A DNA stretch of 64,000 nt from a virus. The translations under genes and the position numbers were made by a program. Positions 58,173-64,000 of this stretch are shown in pieces. The notes beneath the pieces are model-generated. The model did not search any database. It worked only from the letters and a program-made list of their open reading frames with translations, and was not told the DNA's origin. The number at the start of each line of letters is the position of its first letter. Position 1 is the first letter of the stretch. Where the stretch lies: positions 85,818 through 149,817 of IMG/VR virus record IMGVR_UViG_3300035670_000026. One strand, 5' to 3'.

Positions 58173-58529
58173 AAAAGATTTGAAATAGAAAAACAAGAGT
58201 TATTTATTGCGTTAGCAAGTATTTTGAATACTAAAGGTGCTGACATTGAGATGGAAAGCAGTTGGGATAGTATCAACAAAACAATTGAATATATTAATGT
58301 TCCTGTAATTCGTGGGTACATGGGTCCTGAAGGTGAGGGATTTTATTTTAGAGCTCGCCGTGATTATTTTGGTTTAAGTGCTGATAAGTTATTTAATAGT
58401 TTTCCAATCAATATTGATGGTTATAAGTTTAAAGCAGTAAGTTTTAGTGATTATGAAGTTGATGATGATCGTACTTGGTCTGAAAGTATTAGTTTTATTG
58501 TTACTAAAGATGGCAAAAACGTCATCTAA
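58170..58529 (+). CDS. Hypothetical early protein
   Basis: 119 aa behind a promoter cassette. Confidence 0.65.
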   Translation: MKRFEIEKQELFIALASILNTKGADIEMESSWDSINKTIEYINVPVIRGYMGPEGEGFYFRARRDYFGLSADKLFNSFPINIDGYKFKAVSFSDYEVDDDRTWSESISFIVTKDGKNVI

Positions 58530-58533
58530 AAAA

Positions 58534-58591
58534 TTTGGTTTCCTGAAAGATTGTTCGTATATTTACCCCATAAGATAAAATAAGAGTTATG
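58534..58591 (+). promoter_or_regulatory. Early-type promoter/leader cassette
   Basis: TTTGG-N15-TTCGTATATTTACCCCATAA; 21 nt identical to 19272-19292. Confidence 0.8.
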
Positions 58592-58963
58592 AAAGAAAAT
58601 AAATTTTTAACAAACAAGTGGCTTGAAATTAAGAAGATGTTCGAAGCCAACACTAATGGTTCTAAAGAGTATGGTTCGAATTTCGAAATTGATGGTGAGT
58701 TAGATGAGTTAACTCAACACTTCTTAGGTTATATTACTAAGTTGACTTTATCTAAAGGTTTTGATGCTGAAGTAGAAGGCGTTAAATTAGATCTTTGGAA
58801 AGAGCGTATTTGGAGTTTAATTGAAAATGCTGGTTTGCTTCCAAACATTGCTTGGAAAGATGAACTTGAAGAAGAAAAAGAAATCGAAGATACCTGGAAT
58901 GGGTATGATGATGAGTTTGATGTTGATATTGATGCTCTAGAAAAACAAGTTTATGGATTCTGA
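58589..58963 (+). CDS. Acidic hypothetical early protein
   Basis: 124 aa with a very acidic C-terminus. Confidence 0.65.
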   Translation: MKENKFLTNKWLEIKKMFEANTNGSKEYGSNFEIDGELDELTQHFLGYITKLTLSKGFDAEVEGVKLDLWKERIWSLIENAGLLPNIAWKDELEEEKEIEDTWNGYDDEFDVDIDALEKQVYGF

Positions 58964-59087
58964 AATTAAAGAACGTTTGTATAAAGAATTGATGCAAGTG
59001 TTAATATCATTAGAAGATGGTGATTTTAATGGAGCAACAATGGAACTTGAAGATTTAATTAATCGTCTTAAATTTGACCAACTATGA
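58953..59087 (+). CDS. Small hypothetical protein (44 aa); not in ORF track
   Basis: Fills the gap; ATGA overlap with the next gene. Confidence 0.5.
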   Translation: MDSEIKERLYKELMQVLISLEDGDFNGATMELEDLINRLKFDQL

Positions 59088-59365
59088 AATTTCTTGAATT
59101 AAACGGATACGGAAATAACTTTAAACACCTAATTTCCATTAAATCAATTTCAGATATTGCATTTGAACCTAATTATACACATATTGTTCTTAGTAATAGT
59201 ACTTCAGTCAATGTAGTTGAAACCGAAGAAGAAATTATTAAAATGATTTATCATCTCGAAGGTTTTATTACTAATAAAGATATAGCTTCAATTTACGAAT
59301 TTACTCAACGCAGTGGTGATGATGCTTGGGATGTATCAACATATGATGATGAATTACCTTTTTAA
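59084..59365 (+). CDS. FlbD-like small protein with SSB-like C-terminal tail
   Basis: I...I..I......T.I.L.N...V.V.ET.EEI; ends YDDELPF. Confidence 0.55.
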   Translation: MKFLELNGYGNNFKHLISIKSISDIAFEPNYTHIVLSNSTSVNVVETEEEIIKMIYHLEGFITNKDIASIYEFTQRSGDDAWDVSTYDDELPF

Positions 59366-59593
59366 ATGAAACCAAAATTTGAACTTGATTTACATGGTGT
59401 AAAACACCAAGATGTAGAAGCAACTTTAGATAATTTTTTCCTATGGGAAAATAATATCATATCACAATCAATACAAGTAGTAATCGGAAACTCAACCGAA
59501 ATGCAAAAAATAGTTTGTAAATGGCTTGATTCCAATGAATTTTCTTATTATATTCCATCACATAATTTAGGAGTTATTTACGTTAATGGCTGA
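59366..59593 (+). CDS. Smr-like domain protein
   Basis: ELDLHG, V.IGNS and N.G.I.V. Confidence 0.65.
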   Translation: MKPKFELDLHGVKHQDVEATLDNFFLWENNIISQSIQVVIGNSTEMQKIVCKWLDSNEFSYYIPSHNLGVIYVNG

Positions 59594-59915
59594 GAAAAAA
59601 GGCAACACAGAAAAATTACGCTACGACTTTAATGAAGCTCGTTGCTGTGAAATTTATCTTTCAGGATTAAATCGTTATGGTAGAGTTACTGGTCGTGAGT
59701 TCCGCTCATTTGGCGGTTCACGTCGTATTCTAAACGTTGATAATCGTGAAAATGTATTTTATGAGGATTATAATGGTCCAGTCTATTGGTTTGGTACTAA
59801 CAAACGAGTACCGGATGATATGATTGAACCTAAAGTAATGTTTTTAAATGGGCAAGATCCTCGCAAATTTGGTACACTTCGCCCACATGAAAGGCATCTA
59901 TTAGATAAAATATAG
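59586..59915 (+). CDS. Hypothetical protein
   Basis: RVT.REFRSF.G.RRI...Y.GPVY. Confidence 0.6.
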   Translation: MAEKKGNTEKLRYDFNEARCCEIYLSGLNRYGRVTGREFRSFGGSRRILNVDNRENVFYEDYNGPVYWFGTNKRVPDDMIEPKVMFLNGQDPRKFGTLRPHERHLLDKI

Positions 59916-59943
59916 ATATTTATTGTTATAATAGTTGTTAAAA

Positions 59944-61056
59944 ATGAAGTTTAGTATAAGTACATCGTTTTATAAAAGAAGTGATAAGGTATATCACTTA
60001 TATAATCAAATTCTAAGTCAAACATATACTAACTGGGAATGGATTGTTACAGATGATTTTTCTGAAGAAAATAATGCTGAACAAATATTGGAAGAAATAT
60101 GTGCTAAAGATTCTAGAGTAAAATATTATCAACAATCACGTAAAAAAGAATGTTTTTACAATCCACAACGAGGTACTAGTGGAGATATAGTTGTGATGTT
60201 AGATAGTGATGATTATGCTTTTCCTAAACTTTTAGAAATATATTATCATTTTTTCTTAAAACATCCTGAGGTTGTTGGTATGAGTTGTTTATCTCATACT
60301 ATTGATGGACAAGGAATATTTGCTGAAATTCAAGGTGGTGGAACTTATAAGTGTGAGGATTTTCCTACGTTTAATTTTACACCAATGAGCAGAGCGTTTA
60401 AAAATATTTTTAAAGAATTTGATAATGGAATACTCCAATATTATCAAAACGATACTAATATTGTTCGTCATATGGAAACAATAGGAAAATGGTTACATCT
60501 TCCTAGAGTATTATGTGAATACTACTACTCACCAGATACAATTTCTAGAGCTACCCGTACCCCAGAAGAATGGGGTCTTGTAGAACAAGAAAGATATTTT
60601 ATTGAAAGTAAATTTCCACATTTACAAGACCCGGATAGATGTTCTAGTTTTTTACATTATTTACCTATAAGAGATTTGGCTCGTGCTTTTTCATTATGTA
60701 ACTTTAATAAAGATTTAGGTCATAGTAATATTTTATTTATAAAAAAACAAATGAATCCTGCTCAAAGAATGCTTTTAAAAGAATTATTTTTTGAACAAAA
60801 TTTATCTTTTGACTATACTAAAGAATTTAAATTTGACGAGGTAGTTATTTATTTAGATGAAGAAACTTATAATTTATTAGATGAAATAGTTGAAACTTTA
60901 AGGAAATATAATAGTCAAGTACCACTACGATTGTATTTAGATGAAAGACTTAACTCAAATAGTTTTGATTCTATAGATAGTAAAATAGCAACAGTATTTG
61001 GAGGTCGTGGGTGGGCACATGGTGGATATGAAACTTATTTTAGTACAGCAGTATGA
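59944..61056 (+). CDS. GT2 glycosyltransferase
   Basis: QTYTNWEWIVTDDFS and LDSDD; start at ATG 59944. Confidence 0.85.
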   Translation: MKFSISTSFYKRSDKVYHLYNQILSQTYTNWEWIVTDDFSEENNAEQILEEICAKDSRVKYYQQSRKKECFYNPQRGTSGDIVVMLDSDDYAFPKLLEIYYHFFLKHPEVVGMSCLSHTIDGQGIFAEIQGGGTYKCEDFPTFNFTPMSRAFKNIFKEFDNGILQYYQNDTNIVRHMETIGKWLHLPRVLCEYYYSPDTISRATRTPEEWGLVEQERYFIESKFPHLQDPDRCSSFLHYLPIRDLARAFSLCNFNKDLGHSNILFIKKQMNPAQRMLLKELFFEQNLSFDYTKEFKFDEVVIYLDEETYNLLDEIVETLRKYNSQVPLRLYLDERLNSNSFDSIDSKIATVFGGRGWAHGGYETYFSTAV

Positions 61057-61241
61057 CAAACGAGGAAAGATTAGAGGAAAGACTATATCATGCTTTTGAA
61101 AGAGGGTATTATCATAAAGTTCTTCAACGAGTAGAAGAATTGAAAACACAATTTCCTAAAATGAGTCATCATGATCGATTTGATACAGCATGTACTGAAT
61201 CAAAACAAGAGTGGTTACAAATTAATAAAGATAATGATTAA
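61053..61241 (+). CDS. Hypothetical protein
   Basis: 62 aa, overlapping its neighbours. Confidence 0.55.
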   Translation: MTNEERLEERLYHAFERGYYHKVLQRVEELKTQFPKMSHHDRFDTACTESKQEWLQINKDND

Positions 61242-62280
61242 TAAAAATAATATTTGCATTATTGTAGGTAGTTATCCTCAAAATCATATGGATACTGCTC
61301 TTGCAAGTTTAACAATTGAGAGTTTTAAAAGACAAGGTTATGATATTTGCTTTGTTTCTCATTCCCCATTAAACAATGATATACAAAAAACATGTAAATA
61401 TTACATTTACTCAGATGAAAACTATACTTTAAAATTCCCTAAACCTACATCAGTAGGAATTTACCACGCTAATACTGACATATACTACCAAACAAATTGG
61501 GGTAATAAAATTGGCTCCCATTCATACTCAGTATTAACCAATTTAAAAAATGCTTTTTATTTGCTACAACATAAATCCTATAAAAAATTCATTTATGTAG
61601 ATAGCGATACTTTCTTACACCAAGAAGATCATGAATTACTAGAAACAAAATTAGCAGAAACTGATTTTGAAAACAAAGACTTTTGGTTTATGCTTGAAAG
61701 TGGAGAAAATAATATGCCTTTACCGACAACAGCTTTTTTTGCTGGTGATATTGCTCATTTTAATGATGTTTTAAGTCAAATAGATTCACCTGAAAAATAT
61801 TTAGAATTTGGTTCGTTAGTAGGAGGATATGCCTTAGAAGCAATATTTGGTGCTTTGTTTATATGTGAGGGACATAATGGTCATTTAGAACATACGGCAC
61901 CAAGATATCTATTTAAAAGTCCTTGGTTAGGTATTTCATCAACTTTAGGAAAAACAATCATACCGGGATTAAACCCACCATTTCAAGTTAATGCTGATAT
62001 AGTAAAATACAAGCAGATTGAAGCCCTAAATTGTGTAGCATTTGTAATTGAATTTAATTCAAGAAATGAACTTATAACAGCTAAATTATATAAAGATAAT
62101 AATATGATTGTTTCAACAGAATTAACTACGGGTCCTATTATTTGGTGGGCATATGAGTGTGAAGATACAAAAGTTTGGAAAATAGAATTATATCATAAAG
62201 ACGAGTTAGTTACTAAAGTAGAAAGAACAACAGAAGAAATCTTTTGGAACAATTGGTCATTTCTTGAAATAAAAAACTAG
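61234..62280 (+). CDS. Hypothetical glycosyltransferase-like protein
   Basis: VSHSP, YSDEN and YVDSD (DxD); start at ATG 61234. Confidence 0.5.
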   Translation: MINKNNICIIVGSYPQNHMDTALASLTIESFKRQGYDICFVSHSPLNNDIQKTCKYYIYSDENYTLKFPKPTSVGIYHANTDIYYQTNWGNKIGSHSYSVLTNLKNAFYLLQHKSYKKFIYVDSDTFLHQEDHELLETKLAETDFENKDFWFMLESGENNMPLPTTAFFAGDIAHFNDVLSQIDSPEKYLEFGSLVGGYALEAIFGALFICEGHNGHLEHTAPRYLFKSPWLGISSTLGKTIIPGLNPPFQVNADIVKYKQIEALNCVAFVIEFNSRNELITAKLYKDNNMIVSTELTTGPIIWWAYECEDTKVWKIELYHKDELVTKVERTTEEIFWNNWSFLEIKN

Positions 62281-62372
62281 GAAAATTAAAAATTAGTCAT
62301 TATATTATCGAAAAATAATTAAGCAAGCTTGCACAGATAAACCACACTCCTTAATCCGTATATACGATAAAA

Positions 62373-62663
62373 ATGAGAACAACTATAGAACAAAAAAGAC
62401 AACAAGCCGTTGTTGATTTGATTAATAAAATGTTTGAAATTGCCGGTCACCAAGTAACTTACGATGATATTAAAGATCGTAAAGATGATTGGTATACCCA
62501 ATGGACTATGAGTCCCCAACAAAATACCGAGTGGCAAGATTGGGGAGCAGAATATTTAAGAAAAAATCTTAAACTAAATAAAAAATTTGCCGAAACAGAA
62601 ATGGCTTGGGTAAGTTTAATGTGGGGCCTAAAATTTAATAAAGATCCATATGAACAAATATAA
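62373..62663 (+). CDS. Hypothetical protein
   Basis: 96 aa, Trp-rich. Confidence 0.6.
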   Translation: MRTTIEQKRQQAVVDLINKMFEIAGHQVTYDDIKDRKDDWYTQWTMSPQQNTEWQDWGAEYLRKNLKLNKKFAETEMAWVSLMWGLKFNKDPYEQI

Positions 62664-62847
62664 ACCAATACCCGATTCGGATTTTTATCATGAGATGGCC
62701 GACAGGCTACACGTGATAACTTGTACAATAGATGTTCATCTGTTGCAACACCCGGTAGCAAAACTGGATAAAAAAATAAGTAAAAATATAGAGAAAGCAC
62801 TTGAATTGCTGGAGGAGGCATATCTAGAGGCAGGTTCTAAAATGTAA
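62650..62847 (+). CDS. Hypothetical protein
   Basis: HE..DR.H...HL..HP. Confidence 0.6.
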   Translation: MNKYKPIPDSDFYHEMADRLHVITCTIDVHLLQHPVAKLDKKISKNIEKALELLEEAYLEAGSKM

Positions 62848-62858
62848 TATATACGGAT

Positions 62859-64000
62859 ATGAATAGTATAGATAAACAATACCAAGCGCTGCTTGGAGAC
62901 ATCCTGGAAAATGGGGTGGAAAAGGGTGATAGAACCGGAACAGGTACAATCTCGGTTTTTGGTCGTCAAATCAGACATAAAATGTCAGATGGATTTCCAT
63001 TACTTACAACTAAAAAAATGGCATTTAAAACTATGGTAACTGAATTACTATGGTTTCTAAGAGGTGATACTAATATTAAGTATTTGGTTGACAACAACTG
63101 TAATATCTGGAATGGCGATGCTTATAAAGGATATGAAAAAGAATGTGTTGCACATGGCGTAGATCCAATGTCGATGGAACAATTTATCCAGGCGATTAAG
63201 CTTTACAAAGACGATCGAGATTGGATCGAGAAGATTAAAAGTCCTGCTACTCATTTTATTCCAGATTTGACAGGTTACCAACTTGGAGACTTAGGTCCAG
63301 TTTATGGCAAACAATGGAGAAGTTGGTCTAAATTCCATCCAACAATGCACGAGAATGGATATACCCTCCCCGCAGGTCAGACAAATATAGACCAAATCGC
63401 AAACCTAATCAACGACCTTAAAACAAATCCCGACTCAAGACGATTAATGGTTAATGCTTGGAATGTGGGTGAATTAGACCAAATGGTTCTTCCACCTTGT
63501 CATTATGGATTTCAAGTTTATACAAGAGAGTTGAGTTTTGATGAAAGATGTAAAATACAAATCGATAGGTTAGACGGAATGTACTCTCCAGAAAAGGATA
63601 TTTTTATTAAGTCATCAATAGATGAAGTTAAGTTGATGACAATGGATAAAAACAATATTCCAACCAGAGCAATCTCATTAATGTGGAATCAACGTTCAGT
63701 AGATACATTCTTAGGTTTACCATTCAACATCGCATCTTATGGTTTGTTACTTGAGATCATCGCCAAAGCTGTTAACATGGTTCCAGATGAATTGATTGGT
63801 AATTTGGGTGATGTTCATTTATACTCAAACCATATTGAACAGGCAAAAGAACAAATTGGTAGAGAACCATTTGAATTACCAACATTAAACATAGCAAAAA
63901 CAGATACGTTTTGGAATGAATTTGATGTAAGTTTATTTGGTCATTTAGATCCAACAGATTTCATGATTGAAAACTATCAGTCACACTCAACAATAAAAGC
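62859..64000 (+). CDS. thyA: Thymidylate synthase (runs off the window end); not in ORF track
   Basis: DRTGTGT, GFPLLTTKK, ELLWFL.G, LGPVYGKQWR, SRR, LPPCH, QRSVD.FLGLPFNIASY and DVHLY.NH. Confidence 0.95.
   Translation, partial: MNSIDKQYQALLGDILENGVEKGDRTGTGTISVFGRQIRHKMSDGFPLLTTKKMAFKTMVTELLWFLRGDTNIKYLVDNNCNIWNGDAYKGYEKECVAHGVDPMSMEQFIQAIKLYKDDRDWIEKIKSPATHFIPDLTGYQLGDLGPVYGKQWRSWSKFHPTMHENGYTLPAGQTNIDQIANLINDLKTNPDSRRLMVNAWNVGELDQMVLPPCHYGFQVYTRELSFDERCKIQIDRLDGMYSPEKDIFIKSSIDEVKLMTMDKNNIPTRAISLMWNQRSVDTFLGLPFNIASYGLLLEIIAKAVNMVPDELIGNLGDVHLYSNHIEQAKEQIGREPFELPTLNIAKTDTFWNEFDVSLFGHLDPTDFMIENYQSHSTIK

Noticed and set aside
62859-64000. Intron or intein in the long thyA
   Set aside because: The frame stays open, the insertions are short, and no Cys...His-Asn intein ends or endonuclease motifs were seen.

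Overview
AT-rich, gene-dense segment of a large tailed dsDNA phage with a T4-like replication apparatus, almost entirely on the + strand and read in standard code 11. The host is probably Bacteroidota: about 17 promoters fit TTTG-N20-TAnnTT (the Bacteroidota -33/-7 architecture), there are no Shine-Dalgarno sites, and a DUF2452-like gene is present. Gene order: tail and baseplate genes (1-8.7 kb); replication and recombination (small PolA-like protein, gp32-like SSB, RecA/UvsX, 5'-3' exonuclease, DnaB, nrdB/nrdA); small early-type cassettes; a 7-deazaguanine cluster (TGT/DpdA-like, queC, queD, queE, folE) interleaved with an Acb1-like 2H phosphoesterase, thioredoxin, HPRT and a MazG-like enzyme; PolB, clamp, Hsp20, GroES/GroEL and clamp loader; a roughly 12 kb nucleotide-sugar/glycosyltransferase island; more accessory cassettes; and a truncated thyA. 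The best candidate for an undescribed system is a self-contained cassette at 25807-26480: its own promoter, a DIP1984/DUF6847-like helical protein, and a roughly 195-nt highly structured RNA with tandem G.A pairs and duplicated AGUGAUGAUGA motifs. Other notable signals are complementary 5' and 3' flanks around hsp20, an Acb1-like enzyme with a possible capsid-targeting leader, a PolB motif-B Ser-to-Asp change next to the deazaguanine genes, and an SSB-tail mimic. All family assignments come from motif recognition by eye; no searches or folding programs were run.
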